Assembly: GCA_046563655.1 (NCBI GenBank)
Contig: CM102285.1
Location: 2,542,001 to 2,606,000, forward strand
Direction of reading: 5' to 3'
Length of the DNA stretch: 64,000 bases
Source of the DNA: Yuukianura sp. NJ FZ-2021
Taxonomy: Eukaryota
Shown here: positions 23,024 to 35,454 of the stretch, in pieces
How positions within the stretch are numbered: position 1 is the first letter of the stretch
How the letters are laid out: every line of letters begins with the position of its first letter
Notes under the pieces: generated by a model
The model's input: only the letters and a program-made list of their open reading frames with translations
Told to the model about the DNA's origin: nothing
Database searches by the model: none
Translations under genes and position numbers: made by a program

Positions 23024-26000
23024 ATGCGCTGCCAAATTCAAAATTTTGTTGCCTCGTGGTTAATTTTCATTTTGAATGTTCAAGTTTCTATTTTGCAAGA
23101 TACGGAGCCCGTTGTGCCAGGGGATCCATTAGAACCATTTAAGTTCATGTCGGCTCCACACAAAACACATCATGGCAACTTCATTCGAAAGGCAATGGAC
23201 ATAATTTTGTCAAAAGGACTTTATCAACGCAAACCATTAGAAAAGCTCGTATTTTTAGAACCAGATCAAATTGTGAAGCAATTTGATTTTTCCCTCGGAG
23301 AAGAAGGCGTTAGTCAAGAAGAACTGCTCAAAATAATTGAAAAACTGTTTGAAATTAGCCCTAAACCAGGTCACAGGTACAGACTGAGCAAACGCGTGAG
23401 TGGATTGGATCCACTGGCAGTCGCTGGTGACTGGATGGCAGCTACCATGAGCAATCTTGTCGTTACGTATCAAGTTGCCCCAATCTGGACCATGATGGAA
23501 ATCAAAATGGTTGAATACTTATCAAAACAGATTCAATGGGAAGCGACTGGCGATGGAGTGCCAACGAGTGGGACAGGCGCAGCAAATGCCATGGCGCTGG
23601 CAGTTGCCAGGCATCATGTCGATCCAACAACGAGAGACATTGGATTGTTTCATTATAAACTAAGGCAATTGGTGTTTTATGTTTCTGAGCATGCTTCCAT
23701 TTCATGGAAAACGGCAGCTATTTATGATGGATTTGGACTTGAGGCTATTCATGAAATTGCAGTTGACGAATGGGGCCGAATGGATCCGGGAGAACTCGAT
23801 AGACAAATTGAAAGTGACAAGAATGCTGGCCGTGTACCGGTTATGGTAGTTGCAACGGCGGGGACTCCGAGCTTAGGGGTCATTGACCCTATTGACCAAA
23901 TTGCATCAGTTTGCCAGAAGTTTAAGATTTGGCTACACGTCGACGCAGAACTGGCAGGCGGATACTTATTTAGTCCAGATCCAACGGACAAATTTCGGTC
24001 GAAGCTAGCTGGTATTCAGTGGTAAGTTTTTTAGTAAAAGGGATCTTATTCTAACCAAATTCTGATTCAAAATATAACTTGACAAAATTAAAAGAATTTC
24101 TTAATATATTATTATAAAAATATATTTTACTTTGTAAAACTTTCGTAGGGCGGACTCCGTTTCGATTTCAATGTGGCTGTTCTCCGCTCCATATCCCAAC
24201 TCCATGCTACTCACAAAGAATCCAGACGCACTTCAAAAAACCTTTGGACTCCATGCCCCCTACGTGTTTACTGGAATTGACAACTACAACATGTCATACG
24301 ACATGGGTGACCATACTATCCAAACAAGTCGCAGACCAGAAATTGCCAAAATTTGGTTCGCAGCAGCCCGCGTAAGTTTCCAAAAACTGCACACCAAAAT
24401 TTTGTCTATCCCCAACATCAATTTCAAACAAAAAAAATAGTTAAAAAAAATGCTTTCACATTTTTTGAAATTGTAGGGAGAACAGAACAGTTTTAATTTA
24501 TTTAATGGACAGGACGAAATCAAACTCAAGTTTATAGAATTATTGAAAAAAAGTAATGGATTTCTCCTTTTAAAAACGTCCGAAGATTCAATCCCTTGGC
24601 AAGTTCCGTTTGTAAACTTCTACTACATTCCTCAACAATACCAAGGAGTAGACGAAGCACATCTTGCCGACTTTGCAGAAGTTTTAACCAAAACATCGTA
24701 TGTTATAAAACATGAACTTCAACGGCAAGGTTTAGCTGACATCTCAGTCACTGTATTGCCGCAATCCGACAAACCAGCTTGTTTGACCATAGCGTTCAAA
24801 CATAATCGGCTGAGTGATGCTGAGTTGACTTGGTTAGCAGCAACTATTCAGCAAATTGGTGATAATCCAGCTGTAGCTGGGTTGGCCCATATCAAGGGTT
24901 CAGAAGACAATAGTATAACGGATCCTTATCCTACATTTCCGGCAAAAGAGAAATACTGTGGCATGATGAAAAAGATGCTCGACGTTGCGTACACGGAAGG
25001 AATTTTTTTCAATCGAGACGAGCGTTGTTTTAATTTGAAACAACCGGACTTTTTCAATGACGTTTCAAATTTTGATTTCCACTTACCATATGCTGACGGT
25101 GAAGACCTGTCTAACAAATTTACGGTTTTATTTAAACGTATCATTCAGTATTCACCACATTGGGCACATCCGTACTTTATTTATCAACTTGCAGCAGGGT
25201 AACCTGTTATTTTATGCAAGTTTTCATAAACTCAAAGAAATAAGTTCAAAACTTGAAATTTTTTGAAAAATTGATACAGACTGGATCCTTATACGCTTGT
25301 AGCTGACTATATTGTACCTGTTTTGAACACACCGATGATATCGTACCGTGATGGATCAGCCCCTTTTATGCTAATGGAGAAGGAAGTTGTGAAACAAATT
25401 TTGAAACGAGTTTATAATTCAGAAGAGGGAGATGGAACTATTACAGATGGAGGTTCAATGGGAAATCAAATTGCAATTGCATTGGCAAAATACAATTTTG
25501 CCAAAGAAAATTTTAAAACTTGTGGAACTAGTGCACATGGCGGTAAAAAGTACATCATTTTTACTTCGGAGGACGCGCATTACTCTACCAAAAAAGGGGC
25601 CATGTTGCAAGGCATGTCAGAAAAATATTTAAGCTATAATTTGACACATATGTAGAAACTTTGTTGATCAAAAAATTTTATTCTAGGAATTGGCCAGAAT
25701 TACACAATTGATGTACAGTCAACTGATGTTGGCAGAATGAGGGTTGATAGCCTCAAAATAGCGATAGAAAAAGCCATAACAGAAGGCAACATTCCACTCA
25801 TGATAGTTGTTACAACTGGTAATTTTTTTTGGATTGTTTAAATTTTTTAAATTTATTTAAATTTTTTAAATTTTTAATCTTTTGTTGTTACAAGTGGTTT
25901 ATGAAAATTTTTTTTTTTTAATTTTTGTGCTGTTGTCTTTATCCGCGTCTGTGTTTAAAGGGACTACAATTTACGGTGCGATTGACAACGTTGATGAGAT

Positions 26001-27371
26001 TGTTGAAGTGGCTAAGAAGTACAAGATTTGGGTTCACGTTGACGGAATGTTTGGAGGACTCCTTGTAATGTCGGATAATCAAATTGAAAAATTCCACGGA
26101 ATTGAGCAGTAAGTTAAGTTGCATATCAGAAACTAAATTACAACAACGAAAAAGAAAGAGAAAAATTGCAACATAATTTGCAACATAACAAAAAATAGCA
26201 TCTTTTATATTTTTTTTTATGTAAAAAAAAGGAAACAGAATTTCTGTTTCCAAACCGCTTATTTTTACGTCCATTTTTAGAACGAACTTTTGTGTTCGTC
26301 GTTTTTGATTGCGACGCTTGTGTGGAAAAACTTACTTTTTTCAGAAACAAGTCCGTTTACTTTGTGTACAAAATTTCATGATAATTTCTATGATAAATTG
26401 ATAAGGCAGGCGTGTGAGATTTTTCAAATTTAAAAATGCCTTCTAGTAAAAATAGCCAAAGTGTAACTCGAAAATGTTCTTGCAGGGTAGATTCTTGGGG
26501 AGCAGATTTGCACAAGCTAATGGGATCTGCCATGGTTTGTACCGTTTTAGTAACAAAACACAAAGGCATCTTGCGAAAAACCTTTCAACTTGCTGATGAA
26601 AGTCAAGAAAATGTATGGATAGACAAAACAGACAGCATTCCAGAGGAGTTGAGTTTGGTCGGTAGACATTTGCAGTTGGACAAAAGAAACAACGTTTTCA
26701 AATTTTGGTTGCTCTGGAAAGCAAAGGTTAGCGAAACTATACAATTTTGTGTTTGTTCACTTAAATGTAAGAATTGTACGTTTTTGTACAGGGAAGGAAA
26801 GGCATGGAAGCTCATGTTGACACAATCATGGACAACGCTAACTTTCTAGTTTCCGAAATTAAAAAACGGAAAAATGTTGGATTTGAACTTATACTTGAAC
26901 ATTACGACTTGACCAACATATGTTTTCGCTACATTCCGCCCTACTTAAATCCAGACATAAACAACAAAGTAAATCGCACTAGCGACGATTGGGCAAAACA
27001 AATGGACATGGTAAGCAAAACTGGTAAATTTTTTTTAATTTTTCGGTATAGTTTTTTAAAGCCAAACCCTTATTTTGTCATAGTATACGTTCTCAGTGGA
27101 AAAGGAATTTGTCAAAAACGGCATTACGTCCTTTGTCACACAGAAGCGACATTCTGCCGGCGGCGACAGTCCAATGTTTATAAAATTTGTGATGATGGGA
27201 TCTGCTTTGACGCAAGACGACATTCGATACTTGTTGAATGCCATTGCATTTCACGGAAGTCAAATCAAAGCTGAACCGAGCAGCAGAGCACGGCAAGGAG
27301 CTTTTGACGACTATGTAAGAGGCAAATTTGAGCCGTTTGGAAATTTGCCCAGATACTATCGAGTTGCTTAG
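23024..27371 (+). CDS. Signal-peptide-bearing double-domain group II PLP decarboxylase (GAD/CSAD-like), copy 1, 1100 aa; exons 23024-24021, 24149-24371, 24477-25198, 25280-25611, 25687-25818, 25961-26108, 26486-26726, 26792-27010, 27084-27371
   Basis: Two GAD-like repeats (WLHVDAELAGG and WVHVDGMFGG; DSWGADLHKLMG; VFKFWLLWKAKG; TNICFRYIPP). Exon phases are consistent; intron 4 needs a GC donor. Confidence 0.88.
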
Positions 27372-27913
27372 GATTCCGTTCCAGCGTTATAACGCAAGGG
27401 AAAAGGTTGTTTACATCGAAATTTTGTTTCTCTTTCCTTAACAGGTTATACCATAACTCCCGTTTTAAAAGAATTGGTTTGAATTTTTTTTTGATTCGTC
27501 GACCTCGCGCTATGTAACACAAACAGGATTCGTACAAAATTCCTACAAAATTTTTTTCCACTTATTTTTCAAAAAAGTGAGTTATGGCATAACCTGCTGG
27601 CGCATTTGTATAGCAACCTTGGCAAGGGACGTGTGCATTCCTCTTCTGATTCCTAAACTATTTTACAGAATTTAAAAGTCAAACCAAGTTTATATATCAA
27701 TGTATGCACAAAACCAACTTAAGGTAACTGTTTAAAAAAATCGATAATCAGTGGGTACACTTTTTTTATCCTGTCATTCTACGCTGAGTCATATAAAAAT
27801 GTACACAGGTAATAGGATAACTAAATATGAAAAAAAAACACGTAAATTCTATGACTTAGCTACGGACATCGCCATGCCATTTCCAACAAAATGTTTTCTG
27901 CTGTGATAAAAAT

Positions 27914-28417
27914 CAAGGCAACTAAACAAAAAGACACACCGCATTACTAAGGTAGTCTCACGAGCGGTTTTTTCAAGTTTTTTGGTGAAATTTTTTAGTG
28001 GGGCGGATTGTTTGTTATTAACATTTCTCTGACATCGTTTTCCTTCCCGAAATCGTTGGATGCAGTACAATGTAAATCCGTCCATTGTAACCACCCAATG
28101 CTGCCGATCATCGGACCGGTAGTTTAGCTTGGTTTCAGGATTGGAAATGGAATACTATACAAGCTGGATGCTTATAATTACTAAAAATTCAATCCAACTC
28201 CACGCAAATAGTCCAATATATGTGTCAATTACCCAACACTGTTTACCAGTAGCGCCTCATGGTTACCTCAACCAACCATTTCACGATTTTTTAAAATTCT
28301 TATCCCCTTGGTTACTGGGGCGCACCGCCCCACTAAAAAAGTTTCACAAAAAAACTCGAAAAAACCGCTCGTGAGACTACCTTATAATGCGGTGTGTCTT
28401 TTTGTTTAGTTGCCTTG
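27914..28417. mobile_element. MITE with long terminal inverted repeats (CAAGGCAACTAAAC...), 8-bp TSD ATAAAAAT
   Basis: TIRs of roughly 90 bp; ATAAAAAT at 27906-27913 and 28418-28425; no coding capacity. Confidence 0.9.
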
Positions 28418-28425
28418 ATAAAAAT

Positions 28426-28895
28426 CAAGGCAACTAAACAAAAAGACACACGCGCTTTCTAAGGTAGTCTCACGAGCTGTTTTTTAATTGTTTTTTGCGA
28501 AAGTATATAGTGGGGTGGTATCCAAGGCGATAAGTTCGTGTTGAAGTTGGTTGAAGTAACAATATGTGTTACTTGTAACCAGTGCTCGATATTTGGCACA
28601 AAATCAACTAATTTGCCATTGAGTTGCAATGAATTCGTAGTAGCTATAAGCCTAAAACTTGTATAATTCCATTTTCCAATCCTAAAACCGATTTAAACTA
28701 CAGGTTTGATGAGTGGTTACACTGGGTGGTTACAGTGAATGAATTTGTTTTGCACTCCAACCGAAGGAAAACGTTTGCACAAAAAGGTTAAAAACAAACA
28801 ATCCACCCCGCTATATACTTTCGCCAAAACAACTGAAAAAACCGCTCGTGAGACTACCTTAGTAATGCGTTGTGTCTTTTTGTTTAGTTACCTTG
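28426..28895. mobile_element. Second, diverged MITE of the same family in opposite orientation, same TSD
   Basis: Same TIR; interior is the reverse-complement homologue of 27914-28417; third ATAAAAAT at 28896-28903. Confidence 0.9.
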
Positions 28896-29860
28896 ATAAA
28901 AATCAGTCAATATAAACATTTTTTGCCTATCATCGCCCCTGATTACTCAATTTCAATTTATTTTTCGCATTATTCGGCGTTAGTTTTACGTTGAAAGTTG
29001 ACCACAGGGTGAAATTTGGGCCAACGTTTAGAATGGGAAATGCATTTTGGCCCAAATCCAATTCATTTCCAAACTCGTTTTTTTGCAGATACTTTTTAAG
29101 TTATTTTAAGTAATATTCCGATGAGATTGTTGAATGTCAGCGGTGAGTTTACTTATAGCTTGACAAAAAATTCTGTAATTGTAAATTAGATACACGAGTT
29201 TCCAATAAAGAACTGACTCATTCATCAGGACAAACAACTGGGATAGCCTTGAGCCCAAAAATGTATTAGTTAAATGCCCTTTGAAGTTTGCCTCACAATA
29301 GTTTTTTTTTAATTGTAGTTTACTATTTTAACTCTACTTTGCACCGACAGCAGACTTTTGAATAATTTAAACGTTCTTTACGCGTCTAATTTTCAAAAAT
29401 TTTGGTTCAAAATATTTTGTTGCTGGTTTCTGAAGAAGCCTAGTTACGCATATTTTTGATGTAAGATACGCTGTCACTGGGCGGTTTTAACCCAAAAACC
29501 GAAATTTGGGCATTGTGGGTTTCCACTCGCCTCTGTTGCAGTTGCTCAATTTATATTATGAGGTCACCATAAAAACAACTTTACTTTTCTAATTTGCATT
29601 GTGAAATTTATATGCCAAACGGTGGAGTTATAACGTTTCTACAGATTTTTTCATTCTTCGGTTCTCTTGCGTCAAGAGCAAACCGTTTTTTTTCTTACAT
29701 CAAAACAATGTGTATCTAATATATTTCTTTAGAAAACAGGCACGAAAAATATTCGAACGAAAATTTTTTGAAAATTAGGCTCAGTTTCTGAAAATTTTGT
29801 GAAGCGTAAATTGACCAAAACTGCATCCTTGTCAGAGTTCTCCGACGCTGCAGAGTGAAA

Positions 29861-32800
29861 ATGGACAATCAGAGTTGGAGAGTTGGAATATTGCTAATTT
29901 TCGTCGCACAATTCCTAATCGCTGACACAAAACGTCCCATTCCACCGGCGGATCCAAAAACACCATTCAAGTTCCAGTCGAGTCCAGCGAAGTCGCTACA
30001 TGGAGATTTCATTAGAAAAGCGATGGACTTAATTCTGGAAAAAGGACTCTATCAAAACAAGTCATTGGAAAAACTTGTATTTTTAGAACCAGATGAAATT
30101 GTGAAACAATTTGATTTTTCCCTCGGAGAAGAAGGCGTTAGTCAAGAAGAACTGCTCAAAATAATTGAAAAACTGTTTGAAATTAGTCCCAAGCCGGGGC
30201 ACAGGTTTAGATTAAGCAAGCGTGTGGCTGGATTGGATCCGTTAGCAGTCGCTGGTGATTGGATGGCGACTACAATGAGTAACAGCCTGCTTGTCTATTT
30301 ATGGGGACCCATTTTTTCGTTAATGGAAATCAAAATGACAGAATACTTATCAAGACAAATTGGTTGGGATAATACTGGAGACGGAGTGTCAACTAGTGGC
30401 GCAGGCGTAGCCAATTCCATGGCACTAGCAGTTGCCATGTACCATGTTGATCCGAAAACGAAAGACATTGGTTTATTTCATTACAAACAAAAGCAATTGG
30501 TCTTCTATGTTTCTGAACAAGCTTCCATTTCATGGAAAACGGCAGCTATTTATGATGGATTTGGACTAGAAGCTATTCATGAAATTGCAGTTGACAAATG
30601 GGGCCGAATGGATCCGATTGAGCTAAATAGACAAATTACACAAGACAAGCTGATTGGGCGTTCACCGGTAATGGTAGTTGCAACTGCTGGAACTCCAGTT
30701 CTCGGGGTCATTGACCCCATTGCCCAAATTGCAGTTATTTGCAAGATTCATAAGATTTGGCTCCACGTTGACGCAGAACTCGCAGGCGGGTATTTATTTA
30801 CCCCCAATTCCCATAATAATTTTAGGACCAATAAGCTACCTGGCATTCGTTGGTGAGCGAGAGTTTGGTTACACTTTCATGATTGTTTTTTTAATTTGAA
30901 AATTCAAATTTCAAATTCAAGAAAAACAATTTTACCAATTAAAATAACGCAAACTTGGAATAAACTTTAGTTTAACTATTTTTTTTTTCAAAAAGGGCAG
31001 ACTCCATTTCCATTTCGATGTGGCTCTTCTCAGCTCCATATCCAAATTCAATGCTGCTCACCCAAAATCCGGATGCACTTCAAAAGAGTTTTGGGCTGCG
31101 CTCAACCTACGTATTTACTGGACTAGAATTATACAAATTTATTTACGACGTAGGTGACCACACTATACAAACCACCCGCAGACCTGAGATAGCCAAAATT
31201 TGGTTTGCAGCAGCCCGCGTAAGTCACCGAAAGTTACAAATTTACTGTCTGGATCCCGCAGCTCGAGTAAATCGATTTGACTATACTCGTGACATTCAAT
31301 TGCTAAAAGAAAATAGTTTCCTAAAGTTTTGTCAAAATATGTAAATGAAGTGGATAATTGTAATTTTTAGGGCGAGATAAACAGTGATGAGTTGTTTAAA
31401 GCGCAGGACGATATCAAACGCAAGTTTCTCGTTTTATTGGGCAGTATCCCAGGATTTGTTCGAGTAAAAGCGGCGTATGACGCCATTCGTCTCCAAGTTC
31501 CTCTTGTGTCATTTTACTACATTCCGAAAGAAGTCCGAGAAAAAACAATTGACACCGAATTCACGAAAACTGTTTCAGAAAGAATGCGTGCAGTGAAGTA
31601 TCAACTGCAGCGACGTGGGTTAGCAGACGTTTCAATTTCCAAAATTCCACACACTCCAGACTGCTTGACAATTGCATTCAAAAATTCAAGACTCAGCTCA
31701 GCAGAACTAAATTGGTTGGTGACAACTATCGCAACACTGGGTGAAAACCCCTCTGCGGAGGTCGTTCCCTACAATCAAAACCCAGCAGACGCAAATACAG
31801 AAAAGTTTCCAACGTTTCCATCGCAACAAATATATTCTACGCTGTTGGAGAGCATACTAAATATTTCTTACGACGAAGGTATATTTTTCAGCCGAAAACA
31901 AAAGGTTTTTGATTTCAAACAACCAGGAGCTTTGATTACTGATGAACATTCCCATTTCTTCGATTTACCTCATAATGGAACCAATGTGCACAAGAAGTTT
32001 GAGGAATCGTTTAAATATATTATTAAGTACACGACACATTTGGGTCACCCCTACTTCATTTACCAGCTGGGTTCCGGGTAACGGCTAACTTTCTCTTGCA
32101 ACAGTCAAATCTGTAGAGCGAAGCGAACGAAAATATGCATTTCTCACAAGCAACTTTTTGGGTATTTCCGCAGCTTCTCAAAAGAAATTAAATTCACAAA
32201 ATTCCCAAAATGGTAATATGGCATTGCATTTGAAGCGTTCAGTTGAAAAAGTTTGTAACCAGAGAAACAAATACGAGGTGTAATGTTTTTCGTTCACCTC
32301 ACTGTATACCAAACAAATTTGAAAACTGTTGTTTTATAATACCATTTTCCAAATGCAGATGAATTTTTTGTTCCAGACTGGATCCTTATACGATTGTTGC
32401 CGACTACATAGTACCAGTTCTGAACACTCCGATGATATCGTATTATGATGGATCAGCTCCATTTGTGTTAATGGAAAAAGAACTTGTAAAACAAATGTTG
32501 AAACGAGTTTACAATTCAGAAGAGGGAGATGGAACTATTGCGGATGGAGGTTCAATGGGAAATCAAATTCCAATTGCAATGGCCAAGTATCACTTTCACA
32601 AAGAAAACTTTAAAAACTACGGAACTAGCGTAAATGGAGGCAAGAAATATATTGTTTACATGTCTGGAGACGCGCACTACTCTACAAAAAAAGGAGCCAT
32701 GTTCCAAGGTTTAAGCGTCAACTTCTGGAATTGTAAGGAATATTATTAACAAGCATTGTTTACTTTTAGGGATTGGTCTGAACCATACAATTGAAGTAGA

Positions 32801-34133
32801 GTCAAACAACATTGGTCAAATGAGAGTTGACAAACTAAAGGAATCTATTCAAAAAACCATAACTGATGGAAACATTCCACTTATGATTGTAGTAACGACT
32901 GGTAATTTTTAACAAAACGATAAATATTTAAAAAATATTACTTAAAAAACATCTTTTTATCACAGGAACAACAGTTTATGGTGCGGTAGATCCGGTTCTT
33001 GAAATTGTTAAAGTTGCAAGGGAATTTAGAATTTGGGTTCACGTTGATGGAATGTTTGGGGGACTAGCAGCACTGTCGGACACTCATATAAAAAAATACA
33101 AAGGAATTGAACTGTAAGATTAATTTAATAAGGTTTATTATTATTTATCTTATTTTTATTATATTTATTTATCTTTATTAATAAACGTATTCTCTAAAAT
33201 GCATTAACTAACACAACGGTAATTATCAATCAGTCGATTTGTAATTAATGGCGCACGTTATTTGAAACGTTTTGTGACAGGTCCGACTCTTGGGGAGCTG
33301 ATCTACACAAACTGATGGGATCTACTATGGTTTCCACTATACTGATAACTAGACACAAAAACATACTGAGGCGTACATTCCAGCTTCCTGATGAAAGCCA
33401 GGAAATTGATTGGACAGGACAAGGATCAAGTATTCCAGAAGACATGATTATGCTCGGTAGACATGCGCAGTTGGACAAAAGAAACAGCGTATTCAAATTT
33501 TGGTTACTCTGGAAGGCCAAGGTTACGTAAATTTCAGAGATTTCAGATGATACTTACGCTTACTGTCCTTTTTAAAAAAATGAATGTTTTTGAATCACAG
33601 GGCCGCAAAGGTTTGGCAGCACACGTAGACAAAATCATGAGCAACAAAGACTTCCTAATTGCCGAAGTTCGGAAACGAAAACGCCGAGGTTTCGAACTTG
33701 TTCTGGATGATTTCGAATTGACTAACGTCTGTTTCCGGTACATTCCGCCATACTTGAATCCTTATATCAATGATAAAGTTAACCGATCTACGGAAGCGTG
33801 GGCCAAGGAAATGGACATCGTAAGAATAAAAAAAATCTTTACCGTCAATTCCTTTGAAAATGGTCAATTTTTCTGAGGAAATCCTAATTTCCATTACTTT
33901 TTCAATAGTTCACGTTCTCTATCCAGAAAGAATTTGTAAAGAACGGCATTATTTCGTTTGTGACTCAACGGAGACATTCTGCAGCCGGCGACAGTTTTCG
34001 GTTTATTAAATTTGCATTGATGGGGTCGGCTATTACACATGACGACATTCGATTCCTGCTGAATGCAATTGAGTTCTACGGAAAGAAAATCAGAATTAAC
34101 ATTTTTTTGAAATGTAATATCGGACGTCGATAA
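29861..34133 (+). CDS. Double-domain secreted-type PLP decarboxylase, copy 2 (9 exons, shortened C-terminal tail)
   Basis: Same exon layout and motifs as copy 1; DSWGADLHKLMG; last exon from 33909 ends at TAA 34131-34133. Confidence 0.85.
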
Positions 34134-35454
34134 ATACGGAATAGAATATTTTTATCCACATGAGCAAGTTACCACGATTCATAGCCGGCAATTCAAAAGC
34201 CGACCTAACCAACAATTTCAAAAGCCAATAATGCCAAAGACGCTAATCCTACAGCAGACAACGAAAGCCATAATTCACATTAGACTAATCTAACCTGGGT
34301 TAATCACGCTTAATCTATAATGAAATAGCATAACCAGCTTATATAATAAAAAGATTTTAATTTTATGGGCTACTCAGATTGGCAACTTTATGATTGTCAT
34401 TTTTTTTTGAAATTGTCGCGTTTTGAATTATTGGCTATCACCAGCCACGACTTGAAAATTTCCTCAAATAATATTCTGTTCAGGATGTCTCAGCAAATTT
34501 TTCCTTGGCGTCTAACGTTTTGCGCTAAATCCTTTACGGACAACAAGTGTCAAATTGAAAATTTTTCGACTTAAAAAAAAGAAACAAAAAATGCAATCCC
34601 TTCGGCAAGGCTTTGTTACTAAACTAATAAATTGAATTGCACTCTGATTTCAAGGTTTACTTGCAGCAACAGAGAATTTATTTTAAATCCACTTTCTCAA
34701 CATAAAAAGTTAATGTTGACAAACACTGAAACAGAATATTTGATCGATTCGGCCCAAATACATTCCCGTTGGTCAGAATTTATGAAACTACGGTTGGCTT
34801 TCGTCAATCTTTCGTCAGGTTACAGTAAATGATGCGTCCAGTGCGAACCATTCATAACATAATTGGTTCAACTCAAAAACCAATTATTTCTTACGTCTTT
34901 CGAAGTTTCTTGAATAAGAATTTTAAAAAATACAATGTAGTATTTCAGCTCTCTATTAGCCTTTTGAATAACTTATTCTGATTGAAGATTTTTGTAACGT
35001 CAATTACAATTGAAACTATCAAAACTACATCATTAAGGCACATCTGACTTAGGTTTTGTCTTACACTCCCTTCGTTCTTTCTCTCAAAAACACAAAATTG
35101 TTTTTTAGTTAAGATTGGATTTCAACGTCTTATATTATGAGACCTTGAATTCTACTTGAATCTATTTGAAGTACGGCCCTTCCAGGAACTCTTATAAGAC
35201 TCTCATAAAAGGACCATGGAAGGGTCTACTTTTGTGGCTAACCTTTAGAAAAGAGTTCCTTCATCAATCTTCTCTTCTGACACTTGAACTGGCCAGTAGA
35301 CTCACTTCTTTCTTTTTTCAACAATTCGAATAAACATCACCAAAACACTTTAATCTAGAAGGGGCCTCTAGAAGTATTAAGAATATTATTTCATCCGTGT
35401 AAGCGTTTGCATCCTTTTAAGGAGTTGTGCTACCCATTTATATTCATCGTCAAG

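Noticed and set aside
34181-34438. Possible MITE remnant after decarboxylase copy 2 (atagcc...aattcaaaa / ttttgaatt...ggctat)
   Set aside because: Only a short imperfect inverted repeat with no clear TSD; too weak to call.
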